DNA of 64,000 bases from Naegleria gruberi (Eukaryota). Every line of letters starts with the position of its first letter. Positions within the stretch are counted from its first letter, which is position 1. Location of the stretch: NCBI GenBank assembly GCA_000004985.1, contig GG738904.1, one strand, 5' to 3'. Under the pieces are notes generated by a model. That model saw nothing but the letters and a program-made list of their open reading frames with translations, was not told the DNA's origin and did not search any database. Of this stretch, positions 21,802-34,349 are shown piece after piece. A program made the position numbers and the translations under genes.

Positions 21802-24480
21802 ATGGCACCAAACAAAAACAGCAGCAACAATACACAAAATTCGAAGGCTTGGCATTCGGTGAGGAGAGCCTCCCAATCAACACAACAACCCAGTTTAGCC
21901 ATAGAGGATAGTGTGGATTTGGGAGCAGTTTGCGAAACTCCAGTTACAGCCAAAACACCCATTCGGGAAGCTTTCGAAAATATTGGAAATTATAGTAAAT
22001 CATCAACATCACAAAAGAAGGCTTCTTCATCGTCATCACAGAATGCTCGGAAGCAACAACAAGAAGAGGAATCACGAAAAGATGACGGTGATGGAGAGAT
22101 GGAATTTAATTTCTCTGATTTGGAAGAGGATGAAGATAAATCAGAGAAGAAACAAGAAGAACAATTCGAACGATCGCCAGTGTTCTACTCATCGGAGAGT
22201 GATGCACCTCCAACAAAAAACACCAAATCAAAGAAAACCTATCAACCAACACAGGAGCAAGCATCTGAAAAGGAAGAAGATGAAGAAAAACAAGCAAAAC
22301 AATCATCTAAATCAATAGTCAGTGGTAGTAGTAAACAACGTGCTTCTGACTATTCTCAATATTTCACACCAGATGAGGATGAAAATGAAAAGGAAAAGGA
22401 AGGCTATTCTTTGAGGAAAACTCCAACAAGAGTCTATCAGGAAAAGAAGAAGAGGAAAAAGATGATAAAAAAGAAGGAAATTTTGATCAGTTCCGATGAA
22501 GAGGAAGATGGTCAAACTTTGAGGAATGATAAAATGTATGATAGTGACGAGATACCTGATGAAGATATTGAAGCAATGGAAGAACAAGAAAGAGCTAGGA
22601 AGAGGAAACAACCACAAACTGAGGAAGAAAGAAGAGAACGAGAAAAACAAGAGGAGGAGAGAAAGAAGGCCGAACTGAAATTGAGGAAAAAGAAATTGAC
22701 AGAACTTTCAAATTCAATGAGAAAGAAAAATCAACACAAATCCATTTATATTGAGGAGGAGGATGAGATTTCAAAGGATTTATTTTCGAGTGGAAAGAGA
22801 AAGTCAACATTTGATGATGATGAGCTATTCTCTCAGCCATCATCTAAGGAAGAAAAAGAAGTCTTCTCCTCTCCAAAGAAGAGACTAAAGAAGAAGTCTG
22901 GTAGTCCAGTCGGTTCAACAATCACATTCGACAAGGAGGATAGTGATGATGCCAATAGTGAAGAGTTGGAAAATTTAGCAAAGGAAATTAGAGAAAATAA
23001 TCTACTTTTGTCTGCTAAAAAGAAGAAGAAACCACTCAGTCTAAAAACTCAAAAAAGAAAGTCACACAGTAGCTCAGAAGAGGAAGCTCCACGAAGAAAA
23101 TCAACAAGTACTAGAAAAGGTAGAGATCAAGACAGTGAAGATGAAGATGATGGTATGGTTACCATGAGTCAATTTATTGTAAGTGATGAGGAAGAGGATG
23201 AAGCACCTGAATACAACGTCTATAGAATGGTCGACATGATGGAAAATGATATGGATTCACAAGAGTTCCACTCCATTCTCACAAGTAATACCAGACTCTC
23301 CTCAGATTTCAAATCTTCCTTTGCAATCTATATTCATTTTATCACTTCACACTTGCTGGATGAGGATTTTATTCAATCTCTCAAATTTAAAGATAGAACT
23401 CACTTTGCTAATGCCTCAAAAATGGTGGAAGGTAAATTGGAAACGGTCAAGGACAGCTTAATTTATAGCTCAGCTTGGAAATCGAGACACAAGAACCTTC
23501 TCCAATTCTATCCAATCATTAAGGCTAGAGAAATTTCTCTCAAGGATACTGAAATTGACAATAGCGACAAGTGTTGTCAAGCTTGTGGCAGAAAGAACCA
23601 TCAAGCTGAATATACACTCATATTCAAACCACCAAGAGCTACCACTAAATATGAATTTTCATCCGGAGCTCACATCAACTGGATAGATTCACCAGAGGAA
23701 GATTCGGAGGAGGATAATGATTTTATTCAACTCTCACAAAGAAGAGCAGTAACAGGTAAAAAATGTAAATATACTAAGGAGAAGTCATTCGTTGGATCGA
23801 CCTGTTACAAACGATCCTTATTGTACCATAGTTTCCAACATTACAAATTCCATTTAATTCAACATATTATCAACAAGATTGACAAGATTGCCACCAATTT
23901 TGAAGGAGAAGAAGAAATTACAAGCGACTATATTTTGGACAAGATTGTTTCTAAAAAGAGTTGGATTGAATCACTCTACAAAAAGTATCTCAAATTAATT
24001 GAGGAAGCAGAGGCTAGTTATACCAAATCGAAGGATGCTGGAGTTATTGATGTGGTTGATGAATTATTCGATGTCTATGATTCAGAGGAGGAAGTAATCA
24101 ATTCAGATCCAGAAGAAAAGGACAATGACTTTATTGTTACCAACACACGTGGAGGACTTCGATTGAAACGAACCAAACCAAAATCAGATGATGAGCAAGA
24201 TCAAGACGATGCTGAGCTCATTGACACCACAGAAGAACAAATACCTCCTCAAAAGGAAAAGCCAAAACAACCAAGAGAATTGAAATTATCATTTGCAGTT
24301 TCTCCCATTCCTGTTGAAGACGATGAAGAAGATAAAGAGCTTGACTTTTTGGATAAGGAAGAAGACATTCCAAAACCGCTCTCACCAAAAGAAAATTCAA
24401 AAAAGACGGAAGAGAAAATCCCAGATTTGAGTGGATATCTTGACTCGTCAGATGACGACATTCTCAATTATAATTTTTAA
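21802..24480 (+). CDS. Highly charged E/K/D/S-rich 892-aa protein with a C-terminal Cys/His-containing globular region; function unknown
   Basis: Uninterrupted 2.7-kb ORF. Long acidic/basic low-complexity stretches are typical of nucleolar or chromatin proteins. Conserved-looking C-terminal block SAWKSRHKNLLQFYPII...DKCCQACGRKNHQAEYTLIF. Confidence 0.65.
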   Translation: MAPNKNSSNNTQNSKAWHSVRRASQSTQQPSLAIEDSVDLGAVCETPVTAKTPIREAFENIGNYSKSSTSQKKASSSSSQNARKQQQEEESRKDDGDGEMEFNFSDLEEDEDKSEKKQEEQFERSPVFYSSESDAPPTKNTKSKKTYQPTQEQASEKEEDEEKQAKQSSKSIVSGSSKQRASDYSQYFTPDEDENEKEKEGYSLRKTPTRVYQEKKKRKKMIKKKEILISSDEEEDGQTLRNDKMYDSDEIPDEDIEAMEEQERARKRKQPQTEEERREREKQEEERKKAELKLRKKKLTELSNSMRKKNQHKSIYIEEEDEISKDLFSSGKRKSTFDDDELFSQPSSKEEKEVFSSPKKRLKKKSGSPVGSTITFDKEDSDDANSEELENLAKEIRENNLLLSAKKKKKPLSLKTQKRKSHSSSEEEAPRRKSTSTRKGRDQDSEDEDDGMVTMSQFIVSDEEEDEAPEYNVYRMVDMMENDMDSQEFHSILTSNTRLSSDFKSSFAIYIHFITSHLLDEDFIQSLKFKDRTHFANASKMVEGKLETVKDSLIYSSAWKSRHKNLLQFYPIIKAREISLKDTEIDNSDKCCQACGRKNHQAEYTLIFKPPRATTKYEFSSGAHINWIDSPEEDSEEDNDFIQLSQRRAVTGKKCKYTKEKSFVGSTCYKRSLLYHSFQHYKFHLIQHIINKIDKIATNFEGEEEITSDYILDKIVSKKSWIESLYKKYLKLIEEAEASYTKSKDAGVIDVVDELFDVYDSEEEVINSDPEEKDNDFIVTNTRGGLRLKRTKPKSDDEQDQDDAELIDTTEEQIPPQKEKPKQPRELKLSFAVSPIPVEDDEEDKELDFLDKEEDIPKPLSPKENSKKTEEKIPDLSGYLDSSDDDILNYNF

Positions 24481-24530
24481 AAATACAATTTAATATTAAC
24501 ATGTTTACAATGTATTGATTTGATCATCTC

Positions 24531-25298
24531 TTAATCCTTCTTCACACCAGGACTAATCCATTGCAAAACACTTGGTTGATTGTAAACCCACTTTCTGAAA
24601 TCTTCTTTTGAAATCTTTCCCTTATGTTCTCCTTCAGAATCCCTCTCAGCTTGTTCAAAACATTTATCCACAATTGAATCAATTTCACTTTGTTCAATGA
24701 CTTTGTGTGATGTAGTTTCGTATTCTGGCAAATTTAAACTCTTTCTCACATCCGATAAGAGAGCAAGACTCTTATTGAAAAGACATGATAAAAGATGAGA
24801 CATTTCATGTCTTTCAATAAATCCATTTCCATCTTCATCATAAACAGAAAAGATGACTATTTCCAATATATTATTTCTAATAACATTTCTGTGTGAAACT
24901 TACAATTAAGAATATTTTGAAAATAATTCTGCCAATTCTAACTTTCCGACTATTTCGAATAAATTAACAAGACGAAACTAAGTTTCCACTTACAATGTGT
25001 CTTATCTTGAAGTTCTACGATGGATTTTTCAACATTTCCTCGTTCCTTCTTTTCCAACAACATTCTAGGACTAATTTTGATGGCTGCCAAACGATCAATC
25101 ACATCAAGAGAATCGTATCTTTTAATTTGCAATCGATTAGCACTATTCGAAATTAGACGAAACCATAAAATTAATAAAATTAACATACAGTGACTTGTTG
25201 ACGGCTTTCAAAGGTGTTTTATGAAGAGTTTGCACTGGCTCTTCGTCATCTCCTGTTGTTTCAATTACTGGATTAGCTTCAATATCTTTCAATGACAT
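24531..25298 (-). CDS. EF-hand calcium-binding protein (calcineurin-B/CHP-like). Three exons, join(24531..24855, 24994..25142, 25189..25298).
   Basis: Introns of 46 nt (GTATGT..AATAG) and 138 nt (GTAAGT..AATAG) restore one frame. Exon 3 has a canonical EF-hand loop DEDGNGFIERHE and a second degenerate one, DSEGEHKGKISKED. Confidence 0.6.
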
Positions 25299-25592
25299 TT
25301 TTTTAAAGGTTGGACCTTGATTAATGACAGGTAAAAAATATTGAATTTCACATCAAATCTTTGACATTTTAAAAAGGAAGCTTTTCATCAAGTATGATCC
25401 TCAAAAAACCCTTCATATTAATACACCATTAACATTGTAAACTATTTAACTCTTTACAAAATTAAATATCAATATAATAACTATACACTTTACAATATTA
25501 AATACTTTGCAATGCAAATCCCATTCTGCACTCATTCCTGCATTTTCTTGAACGTGAACTTTGAAATTGCACTTTTGAAACTTTAAAAAAAA

Positions 25593-27159
25593 ATGCTCGA
25601 AAATCAAAACCCACACGAAAATACAAATAATAATTCATCATCTACATTAAAGATGATAGGATCAGGATCAGTTCAATCAATTGAGAAGAGTGTATTCATT
25701 GATATGGATACATTGTGTTATCCAAAATTGCAACACCTCTCACAAGTGGAGGAAAATATCAAGGGAGGATTATTCTATTGAAGATGGTAAGGAACAGCCA
25801 TTTGTCTTGTTGGAAAAATTGGATGGAAGTCTCTGTTCACCAATTATTGAGAGAGTTGTTTCAGAAAGTGATGCTTCTAGTTTGAATAGCTCATTGAAAA
25901 AGAATAATTTTGCTTCAGTTTCTGCAGAGAAAATTGAAAAGAGAGCATATGATACTTTCAGATTGAGAATGAGAACTAAATTGTCGCATACCAATGCTAT
26001 TGTAATGGGTATGGAAGAGTTGATTTATGATTTGGGAGACGAAGGAACAAGGAGAAATGCCAAAGGAGAGGATATCAAGTTAATATTGAATGATCATTTG
26101 AAGAATGTTCCAACTTTCGAATACAAGACAAGTGAAATGACAAAAGAAGAGGAGGAATATTTGGTTTTCAAAATTGATGAACAAGCTTTGGAAATTGATG
26201 CCAATTTCACTCAACTCTCTGAAAAAGTGCAAAACTTTATCAGATTTTGCATTCATTGGATAAATAAGGGTTTCACACCACTCTTTGAATTCTTCAGTAA
26301 GGAACACAAGATTGTCATTGATTATGGAGACAAACCATTCCTATCATTGTTGGCTCTTAGACATACAGTGGATGGTTACTTCCTCCCATATTCACAAGTC
26401 AAGAAGAGTGCTCAACAATATGGCATTGACTGTGTCAAGGAATGCTCAAATGAACAAGTCATAGAAGCAGCCAAGACAGGAGATATGGATGAAATTTTGA
26501 AAGCCATTCGAAATGAAAGAGGCGTCGAAGGATATGTCCTTGTGTTAAATAATGGTTGGATGTTCAAAGTCAAATCCATGTGGTACAATAACATTCACAA
26601 AACCAATGGATTTATCAGTAAGGGAGAATTGAAAGAATCTAGAATATGGCAATATTGTTTCGATTCAAAAATTGATGATGTTATAGGATTTGTTAGAAGA
26701 GACGAGGATAGAATTCGTCTACAAGAATTCAATGACACTGTCATCAATGCTCTGAATAATTATGTCTCAAAAGTTCAACAATTCAAAGAGATAATTCAAC
26801 TTGAATTACAGAAAGAATTCCCAAATACACCAATCGAAGAAATTCCAATGAAAGATTACTCAAGAGTTGCCAAACAAGTAATTAAGGATGAACCAAATTA
26901 TGTTTTCACAGCACTCGTTGTAAATAAGAAGGATCAAACCAGTTTATCATCACTCATTAAGGAATATTGTAGTAGAAATGTTGTCAATCAATTGGGATCT
27001 ATCAAAAACATGCTAGGTTGTCAAGACATTGAATTTATTTCCAGAAGTGAAATTAATAGAAGAGCAAAATTGCAGAGACAGAAAGAAGGAGCTACACAAG
27101 AAGAAGAAGTCAACCAAGAAGAGGACGAAGATTCTGAAGATGCTGCTGAAGATTTATAA
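25593..27159 (+). CDS. ATP-dependent RNA-ligase-like nucleotidyltransferase (Rnl1/T4 RNA ligase 1-like). 5' region has a frame discontinuity.
   Basis: Motif I, KLDGSL (LLEKLDGSLCSP); motif IV, EGYVLV; motif V, FKVKSMW. An upstream IEKSVF segment resembles the T4 Rnl1 pre-motif region. Motif I lies upstream of the first ATG in the long-ORF frame; the ATG-initiated ORF 25593..25781 is in another frame, so a short intron (for example 25715..25763) or a frameshift is required. Confidence 0.5.
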
Positions 27160-27541
27160 ATCTTAAGATATTCAGAGAGATAATAAGAGACCTAATGCCT
27201 TTCAATACCAATTTTTCTCTAACTCAAAACCAATAATCTAGATCACCATTCTTGGTTTCCCGCCGATTTCTTTCATTTAAAAAATAAAAAAATTCACCAA
27301 TAATTGCTAATTGAGATGAGGATTGATGGTTGTTGATAACTTCAAGTATCAATCTCGGAATAGTCGAATACTATGGCAATAATGAATCTCTCCATCTCTA
27401 AACATTATAATTACATGAACAAATTAAAAGTTTAACGACATCAAGGGAAACAATATTGCCAAATACACAGAGATGATGTTCTGTGATTTGTTGTTTCCAG
27501 AAAATTGTTTAATTGGGAATTAATTTCTATACTGACTAGTG

Positions 27542-30500
27542 TTGATGATTATTACAGTTTATTGTTCTTCGATACTTTACATCAATCGGAGATTAATTAA
27601 TAGAAAAAAGATGCAAGATAGTTTCGCCTCTTTTAAACACCAATCAGGCCAAAACATGATGAACAGTAGTACAATGGATAGTCAATCTATTGTTGGTCAA
27701 TCCACTCAATTCTCTTTCGAATTGGAATCAGGAACAGACCAACAACCTGATTTGATATCTTCCTTCAATGAAAAGATAACTGGACATCTTACAGACCTTC
27801 AATCAAATTCGAGTTATAATGGTTGGAAATCTATGATATTGTATGGAGCCATCAATTTATATTATTGGTACCTGTTGATAGTGTTACCTTTGGTTCCAAC
27901 ATTTTCTCAGGAAATTTTGAATCCGAATACAACAACCTCTCCATTTGGATATTATGGATCTTGGATATTTAGAGGTATGGCCTTCCCTCTGACTTTGGGA
28001 TTAGACTTACTACCATACGATGGATTTGTGGGTGTTGGAATAGTTGTGCTTTTGGTTACCTTTTTCCTCACATGTTTACATTTACAAAATCTTACACCTA
28101 AACGAAATGCTAAACTTCAAGAGATACTATCAAAGATATTGGGAATTGCTACACACACCTTCCTGTTTATTGGCCCAGCCATGATGTATGCTCTGACAAA
28201 CTTTACCGATTGTCGATCCACAACTGAGGATGGAGTTTTGTCTTTCATGTTGAGTAGAGATAGTTCAGCTGAATGTGTGGCTGGTACAAATATCATCTTT
28301 ATGGTCTTGGCATGTATTGCTCTAATATTTCTAGAGATGGTTATGTTTTTCTCTGGTTTCGTATATCCAATCTTTTCGAGCACTGGTACTATTGCCTTCC
28401 TTCCACAAGATAACACTCCTGTAGCTTTGGTGTTTGCCTCTGTGGGACTAAGAATAATGACTTCTTTCTCAATTCCATCCAATTATTTGTATGGTAGAGC
28501 TGTCTGTCATATTGTCATTGGTATTATTCCTTTAATTGTTATGTTTTATCAAGTTCCTTTTGTACGAATGATTGAGAATGCAATTTATACGGGAATTTTA
28601 GGTGCCTCTATTGGATCTGCTGTAGGAGTATTGGTTAGCACGTTTGTGAGCTCGGGAACTGATATTGGCATGTCTTTGGGTATGCTAGGTATGACAGTTG
28701 GTTGTTCTCTCCTTTTTGGATTGCTTTGCTCTTTAATCATGTTCTTTTACTTGGTTGTGACTGTCAAGAGAGTGAGAAATTTCCTTAAATCCATTGATGA
28801 AGATATTCAAATTATCACTCCTCTCATTGAGAACACTCTAGGGTTAAGAAATATGGAAATATTCTTCAGATTATCCCTCAGAAAACGATTTAGTCCTGAT
28901 TTTAATGAAGATGATGAGAACCTGGAAGATTTTCCTCGCTGCCTTATCTACGCAAAGAGAGAAGCAATGAATAAGAGCTTTATAAATACAGGAATGCTAT
29001 TTCTCTGCGCGACTGCAATCAGCAAGGTGAGGGACATTCAATCTCTTTCTCTCACACTCTTCAAAAAGGCATTGAAATCTTCAAAGAATCCTTTCACGAA
29101 CTACTTAATTACCACTCACATGAAAATTATAGAATTAGGTGTCACTGATGCTATTTCCCTCAAATCATCTCTTTCAGTCTTGGAGAAAAAGAGAGTCGAG
29201 CTCAAGGCCATTCACAAAATGTTTTTCAAAGAATTTACTAATGAAATACCAAACAAGGACAAGATTGAAAACTTTGTAACAATGGCCAATGATATTGTCC
29301 AATATTGTGATCAAACCTTTTCTGTTTTACTTTCAAGAGGTAGGGATAAAACAATACTCAGATATTATGCCAACTATATTGAAACTGTCAAGATGGATAA
29401 AGATGCTGCCTCTGCTCTTATTGACGAAGCTAATTTATTGGAAGAAGAAGATGTAAGAGGAGTTATAAGAAAGGGAAGACACAAGACGAATAGAGTTCTT
29501 CCTACCGATAAAAAAATGACTTTTATTGAGGAAATGTCCCAAACCGGAGAAGAAGATTTTCTTGGACTTGATACTAGACAAGCAACAGAAAAAAAGCAGG
29601 CCATTTATAGAAATGCTCTTGCTGTACCATACAAATCTAATTGGAGATACTTAATGTTGGTTATATTGTCTGTATTGGCTGTGGGTACGCTTTCGGCAAC
29701 TTTAGGATTGGGTCTGTTCAATAGTATTAGAGCAACAGAGACAAATCTAGTTATTCAAAGTTGTTTGCCAATGCTTGTGCCTGAGGGATTATTGAGATAT
29801 GTCAGAATGAGACAAATCATGCTCGAACTATTTACAAATCAAAGAATTTCATTACCAGCTGTTGGCAGTGTTAATAGAGCCAATGTTGACAACTATCTTT
29901 CCTATTTTGAAAATAAGATTGCCACAAAGAGAGATAACCTTTTATCATTGGCTGAAAACTCTAGGTCTCACAGGTTCACAGATAGCATGTACAAGGATTA
30001 TACACAAAGAAAGGAAGTTTATATTCCTGTTCCTTCTAAAAACGGATCTCTAACCTACTTGGAAAACTATATGAAAAATGTGTCAATGAGTGAAATTACG
30101 CTCGAGTTTGCAAAGCATGCCAATTATTTTAGTGAATTTTCGGTTGAAGCTTTCAATACCACAAGTTCTAGCTTTACTTTTATGTTTGTCTTCTTTAACA
30201 GAGTTCAAGCAGCACAAGGTTTCAGATCATTTTGTCAATCATTCCAACAAAGTGAAACAACTTACATTGATGAGAATGATAAGGCCTTATGGACCTACAT
30301 TCTAGTTTCAGGTTCTATTTCTTGTATTTATATTTTATTGTATAGCATTATATCAAGATTGGAAATGGAAAGATTGTCAAGAATCATTAAGCTATATAAG
30401 AAGATTCCAAAAGATACAATTGGTGTAATCTATCACAATTTAGATAAGACCTGTCCAGATCATAACTCTAAATCTGGCAGAACCTTCTTGTCTAAACCAA

Positions 30501-32407
30501 AGAATTTAGCAATCATGTTACCAGTAGTTTTGTTGATTTTATATAGTGCTACTGCAGCTCTAATTTACTTTGAAAGTTCAATGAATATTGCAAATTCAAA
30601 AGATGCCATTACCTCTGTTGATAACTTGGCTGTACTTACAAGATTTACAGTCAAGTTGAGCACTAAGTTGGGAGAAATGTTTGCTTTCTTTAGTGTACCT
30701 CATGGAAGACCTGTTAACGCTGCTGTTACTTTTGATCAGGTTGAGCTGTACAGAAATGAAGTTAGAGATTTTGCCACCATTGTTCAAGATTCATACGATT
30801 CATTCATTGAAACCTATACTAGAGGCAGTAGTGGTGGAGTGGTTGGTAAATATCCAGCTATTGATGAACTAGTTGGTGGACCTGCAAATTGTACTGGTGA
30901 TAGAAACTGTTCATTACAAGCAATGTTATCGAGCTACGTCTCACAAGTTACTACCATGGCTGAGGAATATTTCAATCCACTCTTTTCTGCCCAAGTAGAA
31001 CCAACATTTTACAAATATTTGTCACTCTATAATATGAATGAGGAAATTTATGATAGAGTAATGAAGATTCTAGATTTACTCGAAAAGCACACCTCAGAGT
31101 CCTCTAAAGTTATCTCAATTGTAACATTTGCTGTATTTTTCCTCTTTCTATTTTTGGTTTCCTTCTTGCTGTACAGATCTGCTCAAGTGTACGATGATGA
31201 AATTACCACAATTCGTTCCCTGTTGAGCTACTTACCACTTGATTATTTGGAATCTAATGAACAAATTAAGAATTTTATATTCTTCAATGGTTTCAAATCA
31301 GAAAAGGTTGCTAAAAAAGAAGAAGATGAAAATTCAATGAACAACTTACTTGATTCTATGGTAGATGGTGCATTCTTATCCAATGAGAGAGGTGAAGTTG
31401 TGCTTTTCAATAAGGCTGCTCAAAAGGTATGTCAAATATTTTNNNNNNNNNNNNNNNNNNNNNNNNNNNNNNNNNNNNNNNNNNNNNNNNNNATTACCAG
31501 ATACAAGGGTGCAAAGTACATGGTCTGTTTCATTAAAGATATCACTCCTGAAAAGAAACAAAAAGCTCTATTAGCAGAAGAAAAGAAGAACTCTGAAGCA
31601 TTATTGAGAAATATTCTACCTGAGGCAGTTGCCAGTAAATTGAAATCAGGAGATACCTTCATTGCTGAAAGATTTACTGATGTGACTTGTTTCTTCTCTG
31701 ATATGTAAGTAGTTTCATAGTATTTCCATTTTTACTAAGCAATTAAAATAGGGTCGGATTTACAAGTTTATCTTCCAATATGAATCCTTCTGATTTAGTG
31801 TTAATGTTGAATGAAATTGTAAATGGTTTTGATGACTTGACTGACAAGTACACTTTAGAAAAGATTAAAACTATTGGAGATGCTTATTTCTGTGTGGGTG
31901 GACTGTAAGTATTTAACTGTAAATGATAACCATCTAACTATTTCAATAACCAGTCATAACAACTCTCAATCAGATCACCCTGAACGTGTTCTCAGATTTT
32001 CCATCGATTGCCTTGATGTTATCAAGATTCACAATGAAAATCATCCAGATAGCCGTATCAATATCAGATTGGGAATTAACACTGGTAGTGTAGTTGCTGG
32101 TGTGATCGGAAAGAAAAAGTTTGCCTACGATTTGTGGGGTGATACAATCAATATGGCTTCCAGAATGGAATCTACCTCACTAGCAGGAAGAATTCACATA
32201 TCACGATCAACCTATGAACGAGTTCATGATTTAGGTTTGGAATTTGAGGAAAGACAAGTTGAAGTGAAAGGAAAGGGTCTTTGCCAAACCTATCTCTTAC
32301 TTGCAAAATATCATGCTGATCCGCTTGCTGAATCCTTTGTCAATCATCACTTAATGGACGCTGTTGAACCAATGGATGATGACAATGTCAACCAAGACCA
32401 TGATTAA
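27542..32407 (+). CDS. Receptor-type class III adenylyl cyclase: polytopic N-terminal membrane domain, two further TM helices, PAS domain and cyclase catalytic domain. Three exons, join(27542..31704, 31752..31904, 31954..32407).
   Basis: Intron 1 (GTAAGT..AATAG, 47 nt) splices ...FFSDM to VGFTSLSS. Intron 2 (GTAAGT..ACCAG, 49 nt) splices ...GDAYFCVGGL to HNNSQSDHPERV. The catalytic motifs KIKTIGDAYF and YDLWGDTINMASRMES carry the Lys/Asp pair typical of adenylyl rather than guanylyl cyclases. A 50-N gap lies inside the PAS region. Confidence 0.8.
31443..31492. other. Assembly gap (50 N) inside the cyclase coding region
   Basis: Run of N characters; the true length is unknown. Confidence 0.99.
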
Positions 32408-32741
32408 CAAGTGTAATTACAAAATTGAAATGTTAAATCTCACTAAAAAATGTATTTAATTCTCTCCCTACCACTCTGGTGGTAAATATTCATCAATGAA
32501 ATTATATATACTTTAGATGTCACTTATATTAAGATACAGAGTGTGCTTACTCTCCAACTTGTATGAAGGAATTGGAATGAAGCTATGACAACAAGAGGAA
32601 TCAAAACCAAACTGGTAATTTTTCTGGTTGTCTAAATGATTCTCTGACAAGTTGAGAGCAAATTGAAGAATTGTCCCCTAGTTTATTATGCCATTAGCAA
32701 GACGACTGAATTAGATATTGTTACACTCACAATAACAGTTT

Positions 32742-34349
32742 TTATTGAACTCTCTTTGTCATTCTAATCTTTAAATTACCAGGTCTGAAAGTAATTTGTC
32801 CAACATAACCAACTGGATCATTGACTTCATCATTCAACAATTCAATTTCATAACTTTGCAACATTCTCGCCAAGACACAACAAGTTTCAACAAGAGAGAA
32901 CTTGTATCCGATACATTTTCTTATTCCCATGGAGAAAGGAAGCATGGAATAATCAGAGTTTGTTTTCTTCAAGTATTCTTCATCCATGAAACGTTCTGGA
33001 TCGAAAATATTGGCATTGTTCCAAATTTGGTTATTCTTATTGGAATAGGCGATGAATGAATGGACAATGGAATCTTTTGGAATGAGAATTGGACCAAGAT
33101 GAGTAGATTTGGAAGCTTCCTTGAATACAGAACCAACTGGTGGATGACATCTCAAAGTTTCCATAATACAGGCATTCAAATATATTAAGGAATTGTAATC
33201 TTCTAAGGTTGGAGCTTTTCCATTTGGAAGAATTCTATCAATTTCTTCTCTGATACGTTTTTGAATATCTGGTCTTCTACCAACTTCATAAAAAAACCAA
33301 GAAAGTGTATTGGAACTAGTATCAGTTCCAGCAATAAAAAGCACCAATGAATTAGAATAGATTTCTCCTTCAGTTAATTGATTATTAATGAAGTTTTCTC
33401 TAATCATGAGTGATAGGACATCATTGGATTGCGTTTCAGATCCATTCTCAATTTCTCTAGTTCTCAAAGCAATAATTTCTTTAACCTTATTAAGGAATTT
33501 TTCACGATGAACGTCAACTCCAAAAATCTTCCAAGAGAGATTTCTCAAGAATCTATTCTTGAAGAATATGTTCAAAAGAAAACCAACAAAGAAAATCTTG
33601 TCGACAGATTGTTTCATTTCTCTTCCTTTTTTGGTATCTTCACAATTTTCCTTTTCTGGTGGCACAAAAATTGAAAATCCACTTCCAAATACAGCTATTT
33701 CACATTGATTTAACTAATAAATACATAAATTTGAAAACTTACATCTTGCCAACACATCCAATGTCAAATTAGTAAATAAATTAGTAGTGTCAACCATCAC
33801 ACCACCTTCCTTTTCAATAACTGGATCCCAAATATACTTGGTAATGATATCAACAACATCAGATGTTTCCTTTGCCATGAATTCCAAGTTATTTGAATTA
33901 AAAGCTGGAGAAATGACCTTGTGGTGTTTTTTCCAACTTTCGCTATCAGGAGCAGAAACTAAATGTTGACCGAAAATTTCAGTAATCTCATAAACAACTG
34001 AACTTTTTGGGAAGAGAGAAAGCTTTTTGCCATGTAATTCTTTTAGCATTTCTCTATCTGATACATAAATACGATTTCCAAACATGGTAGAAATTCTAAA
34101 TGTGTTAGTTTCCTTATCTGCTCTTCCCTTGATATAATTTGATAACCAATATTCACATCCAATGTAATGATATGGAGCAAGGATTGGAATGTAGAATGGG
34201 GAATTGTCGATAAATTGCCAAACTCCAGGAATGTGCTTTGCTTTCGAATAGTTTTGATAAACCATCCACAAACTAATAAACAAGACAGTTGCCACAAGTG
34301 CAGCCACACCAACTACCAATTGAGTAAGAAGTTGAAACAAGGTTTCCAT
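32742..34349 (-). CDS. Cytochrome P450 monooxygenase. Two exons, join(32742..33694, 33743..34349).
   Basis: N-terminal membrane anchor, I-helix AGTDTSS, K-helix ETLR and heme loop PFSMGIRKCIG. A 48-nt GTAAGT..AAATAG intron joins ...DVLAR to SVFGSGFSIF in frame. Confidence 0.8.
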
